A stretch of DNA of 64,000 nt from the NCBI GenBank assembly GCA_903915625.1, contig CAIWTN010000178.1, positions 4,553 through 68,552 on the forward strand, in the 5' to 3' direction. Shown here one piece after another: positions 39,258 to 48,527 of the stretch. Position numbers and translations under genes: made by a program. Numbering within the stretch: position 1 is the stretch's first letter; every line of letters begins with the position of its first letter. Source of the DNA: an uncultured Pseudomonadota bacterium. Lineage in GTDB: Bacteria > Bdellovibrionota_B > Oligoflexia > Oligoflexales > CAIYRB01. The notes beneath the pieces are model-generated. The model was given only the letters and a program-made list of their open reading frames with translations, was not told where the DNA came from and did no database searches.

Positions 39258-40985
39258 ATGTACCAGTTACGCCCTTATCAAAAAGAGGCAGTCGATTCTG
39301 CTATCAATCATTTCCGCAAGCAGCGTCACCCCGCAGTGATCGTCTTGCCTACTGGTGCGGGCAAGAGTTTGGTCATTGCAGAATTGGCGCGGATCGCTAA
39401 AGGGCGCGTGCTGGTCCTGGCGCACGTCAAAGAGTTGGTTGAGCAAAATTATAGTAAATACGTTAGCTACGACCTAACGGCTGGCATCTACTCGGCAGGT
39501 CTAGAGCGCAAAGATAAGACCGAGAAGGTGATCTTCGGCAGTATTCAGTCCGTGGCGCGGGCCAACGAGTCTTTTTTTGCCGGCTTCTCTTTGCTGATCA
39601 TTGACGAATGCCACCGCGTCTCCGTCGCGGAAGACACGCAATACGCGAGCGTGATTCGCATGCTGCGCAATGCCAATCCGCAGCTTTGTATACTCGGTTT
39701 AACCGCAACTCCGTACCGTATGGGCTTAGGCTGGATTTATCAGTTTCATGTTGCTGGCATGATGCGCACGGAAGAAGACCGATTATTTAAAAAATGTGTC
39801 TACGAGCTCTCGCTCGCATCGATGATCGAGGATAATTACTTAACTCAGCCGATTAAAATTGATTCGCCGGTAGCTTGCTATGATTTTTCGAGTCTAAAAA
39901 AGTCTGGGCCGAATGGCACTTTCGCCCTCAGCGATATCGAGGGTATTCTCAAAGACCAGTCTCGCATCACCCCTGTAATTGTCGAGAATATCGTGGCCAT
40001 GGCTGAAGACCGCCGGGGAGTCATGATTTTTACTGGATCAGTGCGACACGCGGAAGAAATCCTTGGCTATCTCCCTCAGGAGAGCTCGGCCATGGTCGTG
40101 GGTGATACTGCGTCGGCGGACCGTGACACGATCATTCAGCGCTTTAAAGATCGCCAGCTTAAATACCTAGTTAATGTCTCCGTACTAACCACCGGCTTTG
40201 ATGCACCGCATGTCGATCTCATCGCAGTGCTCCGGCCCACCGAATCAGTCAGTCTTTATCAGCAGATCATCGGTCGCGGCCTCAGACTTAGTCCGGGAAA
40301 AGAGGACTGCCTCATCTTGGATTACACAGGTCAGGGACATGACCTGTTCCGACCTGAGATCGAGGAGGACAAGCCCTCGGATGAGGCTGTGATAGTGACC
40401 GTGGCCTGCCCGCAATGTGGCTATGATAATCAGTTCTGGGGCCTGGTCGATGACGAGGGTACGGTCGTCGAGCATTTTGGACGTAAGTGTAAAGGCGCCT
40501 TCGAAGACCCTCACACAGCCGAGATGGAGCGCTGCTCCTATTTCTTCAGATCCAAACGTTGCCGCAAGTGCGATACGGAAAATGATATTGCAGCGCGCGT
40601 ATGCTCAGGTTGTCAGGAGGTTTTGGTCGACCCGGACAAGTCACTCCGCGAAGCCATGTCTCTCAAAGATGCGCATGTGATGCGGCCAGATTCTATGGAG
40701 TTTAATGCGAGGGTAGACAAGCGCGGGAATGATTATCTGGAGATTCGCTACTACGATTGTGATGGCAATCACCTGAAGGAATTCTTCTATTTAAACAACA
40801 ATTCCGACTTGCGGGCCTTTGACTATAACTTCCTACGGATGCACCTGCGCCTTCCCGAGGCAAAGCCGGACATAAGATGCGTCGAAGACGCGATCGAATG
40901 CCAGAATCACTACCGCCTCCCGATGTTCATTATCGCGAGGCAAAAGAAGCATTTCTGGGAGATCCGCGAGAAAATATTCCCCTAA
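39258..40985 (+). CDS. radD: SF2 DNA-repair helicase of the RadD (YejH) type with C-terminal zinc ribbons
   Basis: It has LRPYQKEAVDSAI, Walker A LPTGAGKS, DECH, LGLTATP and QQIIGRGLR. CPQCG...C and CRKCDTEN...CSGCQ Cys pairs follow. Length and N-terminal sequence closely resemble E. coli RadD as I recall it. Confidence 0.75.
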   Translation: MYQLRPYQKEAVDSAINHFRKQRHPAVIVLPTGAGKSLVIAELARIAKGRVLVLAHVKELVEQNYSKYVSYDLTAGIYSAGLERKDKTEKVIFGSIQSVARANESFFAGFSLLIIDECHRVSVAEDTQYASVIRMLRNANPQLCILGLTATPYRMGLGWIYQFHVAGMMRTEEDRLFKKCVYELSLASMIEDNYLTQPIKIDSPVACYDFSSLKKSGPNGTFALSDIEGILKDQSRITPVIVENIVAMAEDRRGVMIFTGSVRHAEEILGYLPQESSAMVVGDTASADRDTIIQRFKDRQLKYLVNVSVLTTGFDAPHVDLIAVLRPTESVSLYQQIIGRGLRLSPGKEDCLILDYTGQGHDLFRPEIEEDKPSDEAVIVTVACPQCGYDNQFWGLVDDEGTVVEHFGRKCKGAFEDPHTAEMERCSYFFRSKRCRKCDTENDIAARVCSGCQEVLVDPDKSLREAMSLKDAHVMRPDSMEFNARVDKRGNDYLEIRYYDCDGNHLKEFFYLNNNSDLRAFDYNFLRMHLRLPEAKPDIRCVEDAIECQNHYRLPMFIIARQKKHFWEIREKIFP

Positions 40986-41202
40986 TACGATGTAAATATG
41001 GGTGAAAATCCAACTATCGCACGACTCTAGAATGCCTCGGCATGCCTACAAAACCGATTGGTATAGGCCGGCCAGCAAATTACGTTTGAAAAATGCCTCT
41101 CATCACGTACCTTCGTAAGCAGACCACATAAAAAATGATCGAAATTATAGTCTCGGTTCACAGGCTCGTTTTCATCTAAATTTGTTCAGTTGGGTAGCGG
41201 CG

Positions 41203-42588
41203 ATGAATATTCCTTTGCTATTAATTCAAAGCCTAAGGCTGCGTTCAAAGCTAAGACTTTCACCGGTTGACAAGCAGAAATTGCAGACCCGAAAACTTAA
41301 TCTGTTACTTAAGCACGTCTTTGAGTACTCACGGTTTTATAGGTCGCACTATGAGCGTCATGGGATATTCGCACGCCATGTGGGTAAGGTAGGCTTGAGC
41401 GATCTTCCGCCAGTTGACAAACAGATGCTGCTCCAAAATTTTGACGATGCAGTCTGTGATCCGGCGCTGAAAATCAAAGAAATTCAGAAATTTATACTTG
41501 ATCCAGCAAATCGGGAGCGGACCTATCCAGGAGGCTACTCGGTCGTACATACTTCCGGTACCACAGGCACACCAGGGATCTTTGTCTATGGTCCACGCGA
41601 AATAAATCTGATGGCTGCAGTTATGTTCACTAGGGTGAACTGCGTCAGAATTAAAGCGCGGCGCACTCGCTTGATGATCACGGCAGCCATAGAGGGAAAA
41701 TACGCTGGAGTTGCTATTTGCGATCACACCCCCAGATTCGCTTATGAGCTAAAAAAATGCTCCGTGAACCTCCCTAAGTCAGAAATTTCACGAGTTGCGC
41801 AAAATTTTCAGCCCGATGTCTTAGCCGGATATGCATCTGCGATTCAGATGCTCGCTCAAGACCAACTCAACGGTCGCATAAATCTAAAACCCGAATCGAT
41901 CGTCTGTTCCGGTGAGCCAATGACGGAACTGGCGCGTCGCGATATAACGCAAGCTTTTGGGATCCGCCCCGCTAGCTTATACGCCGCATCGGAATCGATC
42001 GTCATGGGGGTAGAATGCCGTAGCCACGGTAATATGCACCTATTTGATGATCTTCATGTGTTTGAATCAATAGATCAAGATCTCCGCGCAGTCTCGGAGG
42101 GCGAAGTCGGAGAATTGCTACTGACCAGTCTCTATAATTACACTTTGCCAATTATTCGCTATCGCACATCCGACCGCTTAGGCTTGAATCAAAGTCACTG
42201 CCCTTGTGGAAGTACGTTCCCCCTTGTCACATCTTTAGCAGGCCGCACAGAGGAGTATCTCTGGTTCGATGCCGGAAGAGCGCAAAAAGAGTTCATTCAT
42301 CCGATCACCTTTGCCGAGCTATTTGCGCCCGGCTTGGAACGATTCCGCATCATCCAAACTTCACCGCGCGACTTCAAAGTGCAAGCGCAAGCGTTACGCC
42401 AACGCCAAACCGTCGCCGCCGAACTAAGTCGGCAGTTGGACGGAGTCCTGGCATCCAAAGGTCTAACCAATACGGTTAACTACTCATTCGACTTCGTTGA
42501 GCAGATCCCAAATCTGTCGGCCTCTGGCAAGTTTGATTTGATCATACCAATGAGCAAATCAGCTGTACCAGAGACCACCATCAACTAA
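41203..42588 (+). CDS. Adenylate-forming enzyme, phenylacetate-CoA ligase / CapK / F390-synthetase family
   Basis: It has the AMP-binding core VVHTSGTTGTPGIFVY and the PaaK-like motif YRTSDRL. I placed the start at ATG 41203; the track TTG at 41182 is also possible. Confidence 0.7.
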   Translation: MNIPLLLIQSLRLRSKLRLSPVDKQKLQTRKLNLLLKHVFEYSRFYRSHYERHGIFARHVGKVGLSDLPPVDKQMLLQNFDDAVCDPALKIKEIQKFILDPANRERTYPGGYSVVHTSGTTGTPGIFVYGPREINLMAAVMFTRVNCVRIKARRTRLMITAAIEGKYAGVAICDHTPRFAYELKKCSVNLPKSEISRVAQNFQPDVLAGYASAIQMLAQDQLNGRINLKPESIVCSGEPMTELARRDITQAFGIRPASLYAASESIVMGVECRSHGNMHLFDDLHVFESIDQDLRAVSEGEVGELLLTSLYNYTLPIIRYRTSDRLGLNQSHCPCGSTFPLVTSLAGRTEEYLWFDAGRAQKEFIHPITFAELFAPGLERFRIIQTSPRDFKVQAQALRQRQTVAAELSRQLDGVLASKGLTNTVNYSFDFVEQIPNLSASGKFDLIIPMSKSAVPETTIN

Positions 42589-45500
42589 ATAGGAAGTCGA
42601 GATCCTTGGCGGTAATGTCGGCCATGACATTGCCGTCTTCAGCGATAATGCCCTCGACTAGTTGCCGCTTTGCAGCCTGCAGTGAAAGGATTTTCTCTTC
42701 CACAGTACCACGTGCGATCAACCTATAGGCAAACACATGATTCACCTGACCAATCCGATGGGCACGGTCGATAGCTTGCGCCTCACTGGCCGGGTTCCAC
42801 CATGGGTCGAGGATGAAGCAGTAGTCGGCTGCCGTTAGATTGAGACCAACGCCGCCAGCTTTTAGACTGATCAAAAACACGCGTACATTGGGATCGTTCT
42901 GAAAGTGTTCTACGCGTTCTTTGCGGTCAGTCGTGGAGCCATCGAGGTATTCATAAACAATTCCCTTGGCATCTAAGCGCTGACGCACGATGGATAACAT
43001 GGATGTAAACTGGCTAAATACCAGTGCTTTGCGCCCTGAATCCATCACTTCTTGCAGTTCATCTTCAAGCAGGTCTAGTTTGGCACTGCTCTCACCAATA
43101 CGCCCAGAATCAATGAGCCCAGGGTGACAAGCTAGCTGACGCAGTCTAAGTAGCGCCTCCAAAACATGCATGCGCGACTTGCCGAGGCCAGCCGACTTGA
43201 TCTTCTTCTTGAGCGAGTCGCGATAATGTGCCGCCAGCTCGTCGTACTCTTTTTGCTGGTCGGGTTCGAGCACGCAATAGACGGTACTTTCGGTCTTGCC
43301 CGGTAGTTCCGGTAGGACCTGCTCTTTCGTGCGGCGCAGGATAAATGGCCGCAATGCTCGCGCTAGCGTTTCCAGCTTACTGCCCGTTAGCTTTCCGCTA
43401 CCGCTAAACAATTCGCCGAATACAGCAGCACTGTCTAACATGCCGGGATTCAAAAAGCGGAAAATCGACCCCAGTTCGGCAATCCGATTCTCGACCGGTG
43501 TACCTGACATCGCTAGTCGATGTTGAGCCTTGAGCGCACGCACAGCTTTCGCCGATTGCGTGCTCTCATTTTTGATTGCTTGCGCTTCGTCCAACACTAC
43601 GTAGTCAAACGAAAAGGATTGCAGCATTTCGATATCGCTACGCAATGTGCCGTAGGATGTGACGATTAGGTCGTACTTGGATAGTGATTTTACGTCACGC
43701 ATCCGCGATGCACCAACGTGAGCTAACACTTTCAGTGTCGGCGTGAATCGCTTGGCTTCATCTTGCCAGTTATAAATTAAACTGGTCGGTGCCACGATCA
43801 AGGTTGGCAGGGACACTTCTCCCCGCTCCTTTAAAGCGACACTGCGTTTATGCAGATGAGCAAGCACCTGTACTGTTTTACCTAGACCCATGTCGTCAGC
43901 TAAACAGCCACCAAACCCGAATTGTTCAAGAAACTCTAGCCAGCCTAGACCTTGCTTCTGGTAGGGGCGCAGTTCACCGATAAAGGCAGGATCTGGCTCC
44001 AGAGGCGCTATGCCAGAGAATGCTGCTAATTTCTGTCTATATGCCGTAAACGATTGATCTAGACTGGCCTCGGCTGCCTCAGAAACTAAGACATCCAAAA
44101 AGGCTGCATGACTGGTCCGGTAGCGCAGCTCGTCGCTCTGGCCGTCTTCACCCATTCGTAAAATAGGATCTAGTTTTTTTAGCCAAGCTTCGGGCAAAAG
44201 TCCGACAGTTCCATCACCGAGCTGTACCCGGTTGTCGCCGCGACGCAATGCCTCAAGTAGCCTTGGCAACTCAACGATTGTGCCACCACCAAAGTCGAAA
44301 CTAGCTCGCAGGTCGAGCCAATCGACGCCTGATTTTACATCGACGTTGAAGCTGCGCCCGGTGCGTAGTTTTTTACCCTCAGCTTCCACCGCCCAGCCCT
44401 GAGCACCAAGGTCACCAACTAATGTTGGCAGGATAGCCGCATCGACAAAAACGTCGGCACCAGTCACTGCGCGTCCTGCCGAAGGGTGTACCCCAGCATG
44501 TTCGCATAAGTCCTTGACGAGCTGCTCTTCCCGTAGCCTATCCCGACGCAACACAATGCGGGGTGGGGGCGGTGGTTCTGGAGCAGGCTTTTGCTCCGCT
44601 CCCTCAACTGGCCCCGCCGTGTTCGCTACTTCTGGAGCGGCTTCAATCTGATGCTGGCGTGGCCCGCGTCTGCCGCCCCGACGTGAATCTTGCTGACGTT
44701 GCTGCGGCGTGGATGGAGCCGGAGGCGCCTCGTATTCAAAATCATAGTTCGCCAGGAGTACCATGGCTTTATCAGTGATCGGCGTGGCCAAAAAGATGAG
44801 TTTAGGCTTGGCTTCACCCACCACGATGCGCCATCCACTATCACTCGGCAGATCAAGTTGCGGTGCATTTGGTAGATCGACGAAAGAACGCAGAAAAGCA
44901 GCCTGATCGGCCTTCGGGACTTTGATCGACTGCACTTGTTTGAGTGTATTGATCCACCCACACAGCCTTGGATCGGGCATCGGTATATGAATGATGCGAT
45001 CTTTGAAGATCACTAGTCCGTCTGGAAATGCTGCCAAAATATCGAGTAGCGGCACAGTGATGCGGCCGCGGCGGAATTCACCGCGCACAATCCACGTTCT
45101 ATCTTGTTTGCGCACGGCAACAGCTAGGCGAAATATCCACGGGTCTCGCATATCCCACGACAGGGCATGAAAGGCCTCGATACCTATAGTAACGGTGCTT
45201 TCTAACTTTGCGTCGTCAACGCCGATCCAACCTAGACGCCCCGTTTGGGCCATCAGAGTGATCAGCTGCGGTCGCAAACTTTCGGCGATGGCAAAGGCAT
45301 GCACTCTAGTTCTAAGAGGCGCGTTTGGTTCATCCCACGAGCCTGCTCTCGCCAGAGTAGTGCTAGCAGTGCCAAAAAGATGCGTTAGTATGTCGCGATC
45401 GGGCCCTTCAGCAAAACTCTCTAATGCTCGCACATCGATTGGCGCAGCAACGAGCTGTGCTGGTTGCTTGCCGCCGCTGCCTGCATCTTGCGGTTCCGCT

Positions 45501-46279
45501 GCACCGCTACTACCTTGGCCAATGCGCCTAAAAATACAAACAGTTAGAAGTCCACTGCGGCGCGTCGATTCGGCATCGATGATGTAATAGACATCGCTCG
45601 CTGCCGATTTGCTGCCGCCGCGTAGTCGAGGCTCAACTAAATCTCGTTGAGCATGGCCGACTATCTTAAGAGCCTCGCGCCAAGAAAGTTGGTCGTGATG
45701 TCCGCGATTTTTATGTTGTTCTGGCTCTTTGGGCGCTGGGGGAGCCGCATGACTTGCGGCGGAGAAAGCGCGAATCCTGCCCGAAGCATCTGGTTCAGCA
45801 CTGGCAACCGCACGCATGCGGCTGACAGTTGGCTGCAAAAAGCGAGTATGAAACCCGAGGGGGTGATCCGTGGGCGCTTTGAAATCGCACTCGACGGTGC
45901 CGTCTGCCATGCAGAGCACTGCCCAGATGTGTTTACAGTAGCCTTTACCACCGGCATAAAAGGGGCAATCGCAAAGCGCGCTAATCGTTGACTGCTGACG
46001 CTTGTCGTCTAAGGCCATCTCGAGTGTGACGTGGTACTCACCGCCTTTGCCTTTGACATCGGCTGTCAGTCGTTCAGGGGCTGATTTCGTCAGCAAGACG
46101 CGACGTTGGCGGTAATAGCCTTCACCCCGCATCCGCACCTGATCTTCAATGTCTGCCGCAAGTGCAGTCGTCAAACCACCGATACCCTGTGGCGGTCTTA
46201 CTCCATGCACACTTACATGATTGGCTGCGCGCTTGCCTGAACGGCCGCGTCCTCGGCGCCCTCGCCTCAAATGCGTCAC
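42581..46279 (-). CDS. SWIM zinc-finger / SNF2-family ATPase (1232 aa)
   Basis: SWIM motif: CDCPFYAGGKGYCKHIW. SNF2 motifs: LRPYQKQGLGWL, LADDMGLGKT, VLDEAQAIKN, MSGTPVENR, LISLKAGGVGLNLTAADYCFILDPWWNPASEAQAIDRAHRIGQ. The start is ambiguous between GTG 46279 and TTG 46270. Confidence 0.85.
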   Translation of the reverse strand: MTHLRRGRRGRGRSGKRAANHVSVHGVRPPQGIGGLTTALAADIEDQVRMRGEGYYRQRRVLLTKSAPERLTADVKGKGGEYHVTLEMALDDKRQQSTISALCDCPFYAGGKGYCKHIWAVLCMADGTVECDFKAPTDHPLGFHTRFLQPTVSRMRAVASAEPDASGRIRAFSAASHAAPPAPKEPEQHKNRGHHDQLSWREALKIVGHAQRDLVEPRLRGGSKSAASDVYYIIDAESTRRSGLLTVCIFRRIGQGSSGAAEPQDAGSGGKQPAQLVAAPIDVRALESFAEGPDRDILTHLFGTASTTLARAGSWDEPNAPLRTRVHAFAIAESLRPQLITLMAQTGRLGWIGVDDAKLESTVTIGIEAFHALSWDMRDPWIFRLAVAVRKQDRTWIVRGEFRRGRITVPLLDILAAFPDGLVIFKDRIIHIPMPDPRLCGWINTLKQVQSIKVPKADQAAFLRSFVDLPNAPQLDLPSDSGWRIVVGEAKPKLIFLATPITDKAMVLLANYDFEYEAPPAPSTPQQRQQDSRRGGRRGPRQHQIEAAPEVANTAGPVEGAEQKPAPEPPPPPRIVLRRDRLREEQLVKDLCEHAGVHPSAGRAVTGADVFVDAAILPTLVGDLGAQGWAVEAEGKKLRTGRSFNVDVKSGVDWLDLRASFDFGGGTIVELPRLLEALRRGDNRVQLGDGTVGLLPEAWLKKLDPILRMGEDGQSDELRYRTSHAAFLDVLVSEAAEASLDQSFTAYRQKLAAFSGIAPLEPDPAFIGELRPYQKQGLGWLEFLEQFGFGGCLADDMGLGKTVQVLAHLHKRSVALKERGEVSLPTLIVAPTSLIYNWQDEAKRFTPTLKVLAHVGASRMRDVKSLSKYDLIVTSYGTLRSDIEMLQSFSFDYVVLDEAQAIKNESTQSAKAVRALKAQHRLAMSGTPVENRIAELGSIFRFLNPGMLDSAAVFGELFSGSGKLTGSKLETLARALRPFILRRTKEQVLPELPGKTESTVYCVLEPDQQKEYDELAAHYRDSLKKKIKSAGLGKSRMHVLEALLRLRQLACHPGLIDSGRIGESSAKLDLLEDELQEVMDSGRKALVFSQFTSMLSIVRQRLDAKGIVYEYLDGSTTDRKERVEHFQNDPNVRVFLISLKAGGVGLNLTAADYCFILDPWWNPASEAQAIDRAHRIGQVNHVFAYRLIARGTVEEKILSLQAAKRQLVEGIIAEDGNVMADITAKDLDFLFS

Positions 46280-46481
46280 TCCCTCTGCGTCCCTATTTTA
46301 GGACGTCTTTGTGTTCTAGCCACTATTCCGGCGCCTTCAGTGAGTGCTGCGGGTTAATCCCTAACCTCGCCCTCGGCGGCACGGTTGCCTTGTGACCACT
46401 TTTACTAGCTTCACAGTTTGTGCGCCCAGAAGCAAGAGTAGATTTTTGCCTAGGGCCTAAAAACTGCTAGGTGATGGTTGC

Positions 46482-47438
46482 CTAAACCTTGTGGCAGGCG
46501 ACTTCTCTTCCTTTCTCTATTTGCCGCATAACCGGAGTTTCGCGGCGACAGCGCTCATCCGCTAACGGACAACGAGCCGAAAACCTACATCCTGGCGGGG
46601 GATTCAGTGGACTCGGGAGTTCCCCCGTAAGTAACTGTTCAGGCCTAGATCTTTCACGTACCGGGTCTGGCAACGGATTGGCAGCGACTAGGGCCTGAGT
46701 GTAGGGATGAAGCGGACGGAAAAATACTTCGTTAGAAGGACCAATTTCTACCAACTGCCCTAAGTACATGACCGCCATACGCGAAGAAATGTAGCGCACC
46801 ATGCTGAGACCGTGCGCAATAAATAGATAAGTTAAGCCCAGCTCCCTTTGTAATTCCTGAAGCAAAGTAACGACTTGCGCTTGTATTGAGACATCTAATG
46901 CGGAGATCGGCTCGTCACAAACGACGAACTTTGGCTCCAGTGCTAAGGCGCGCGCTAGACCGATGCGTTGACGTTGGCCGCCGGAAAATTCATGGGGAAA
47001 ACGAAAGGCATGCTCTGCCACCAAACCGACTCGTTCTAGCCAGGCCGCGATCCGATCTTGCCGTTCATGACGCGGCCAAAGTCCGTGAATGTCGGGGCCT
47101 TCAGCAATAATGTCGCCCACCGTCATCCGCGGATTAAGGCAGGCATAAGGATCCTGAAAGATCATCTGAGCGAGACGAGCATAGGACTTCCGCCTACTTG
47201 TACTCATCTTGCCGGCCATGGATTCTCCGGCAAAACGAAAATCGCCCTCGGTAGCCTCGTACATGCGCACCAAAAGGCGTCCTAGCGTGGATTTGCCACA
47301 GCCCGACTCACCAACTAGTCCAAGAGTTTCGCCTGGTTCGATAGCAAATGAGACCTTATCAACAGCATGTAATTTAATACCGTGACCTAAATCGAACTGC
47401 TTACTCAAACCCTCAACTTCAATGAGCGGGGTAGTCAT
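46482..47438 (-). CDS. oppF: Oligopeptide ABC transporter ATP-binding protein OppF
   Basis: It has Walker [34 protein letters not shown] and the tail GCRFSARCPLADERC. ATG 47438 overlaps the oppD stop (ATGA). Confidence 0.85.
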   Translation of the reverse strand: MTTPLIEVEGLSKQFDLGHGIKLHAVDKVSFAIEPGETLGLVGESGCGKSTLGRLLVRMYEATEGDFRFAGESMAGKMSTSRRKSYARLAQMIFQDPYACLNPRMTVGDIIAEGPDIHGLWPRHERQDRIAAWLERVGLVAEHAFRFPHEFSGGQRQRIGLARALALEPKFVVCDEPISALDVSIQAQVVTLLQELQRELGLTYLFIAHGLSMVRYISSRMAVMYLGQLVEIGPSNEVFFRPLHPYTQALVAANPLPDPVRERSRPEQLLTGELPSPLNPPPGCRFSARCPLADERCRRETPVMRQIEKGREVACHKV

Positions 47439-48518
47439 GGTCTTACCTCCCCGGCAGATTCCGAATCCGTGTGAATCGGGTGAACACCAAAAGATTGACG
47501 CTGGGTTGCTAGCTTTGGATGATGCAACCAACATGAGGCTCGCGTGTCCCCATGCATAATTTCCGGCGGTGCTTGCTCGGCACAAATCCGCATTGCGGCA
47601 GCACAGCGCGGCGCGAATGCACAACCAACCGGTGGGGTAAAGAGATCAGGAGGGCTGCCTGGGATCGGTGTTAAAGGTTCGGCTGATCCGGCATCATCTT
47701 TAGGCATCGCTCTCTGCAGTCCAACAGTATACGGATGCTTGGGCCGGTAAAACACATCGTCCACCAAACCTTCTTCAACGATCTTTCCGCCATACATCAC
47801 CGCGACGCGATCAGCCATTTTAGCAACGACGCCTAAAATCATGAGTGATGAGTATGGTCGCCATGTTCAGACGCTGCGCAAGATCCCGAATAAGTGACAG
47901 AATTTGCGCCTGAATCGTCACATCTAGAGCAGTGGTTGGTTCGTCGGCGATGAGCAGTTTGGGGTTGCAGGCAAGCCCCATGGCAATCATCACCCGTTGA
48001 CGCATCCCGCCGGACAACTCGTGCGGAAACTGTTTCAAACGCTTCGCAGGTTCTGGTATGCGGACCAGCTCCATCAACTCTAAAACACGCGCTCTGCGTT
48101 GAGCAGTCGTCATCTTGCTGTGCAGAATTAAAGACTCAGCGATCTGGTCGTAAATAGTCATGGTTGGGTTCAAACTCACCAACGGATCTTGAAAGATCAT
48201 GGCGATTTCACCACCCGCAATTTTGCGCATTTGTTTTCGGGTCAGCTTGAGTAGGTCCTGCCCCCGAAACATGATCTGGCCTCCCACCACGTGTGCCGGT
48301 GGTGATGGCAGTAATCCGAGTATAGTTTGCACAGTGACCGACTTACCAGAGCCAGATTCACCGACGATACATAGAGTTTCTCCGACATGAACGCGAAACG
48401 ACACGTCACGCACGGCCTTCACTTGACCACCGTGCACGGAAAAGTTGACGGCGAGCGAGCGAGCCTCCAGCAGGACAGGCGCTTTTGAATCTAACGATGG
48501 ATTTACAGTCATAGCCAA
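47435..48518 (-). pseudogene. oppD: oppD interrupted by a +1 frameshift in a homopolymer run (or an assembly error)
   Basis: ORF 47820-48518 carries Walker A, signature and Walker B, and ends ...ILITHDFRRRC*. ORF 47435-47842 continues in another frame with ILGVVAKMADRVAVMYGGKIVEEG... and the Cys-rich tail. Removing one T from CATGATTTTAGGC (A-run 47835-47838 on the plus strand) restores ITHDLGVVA. Confidence 0.75.
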
Positions 48519-48527
48519 TGCCGCCCC

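Noticed and set aside
47439-47624. The 62-aa N-terminal extension of the oppF track ORF (46482-47624).
   Set aside because: It overlaps the 3' part of oppD. Met63 (MTTPLIEVEGLSKQF) gives the canonical ABC N-terminus and an ATGA stop/start overlap with oppD.
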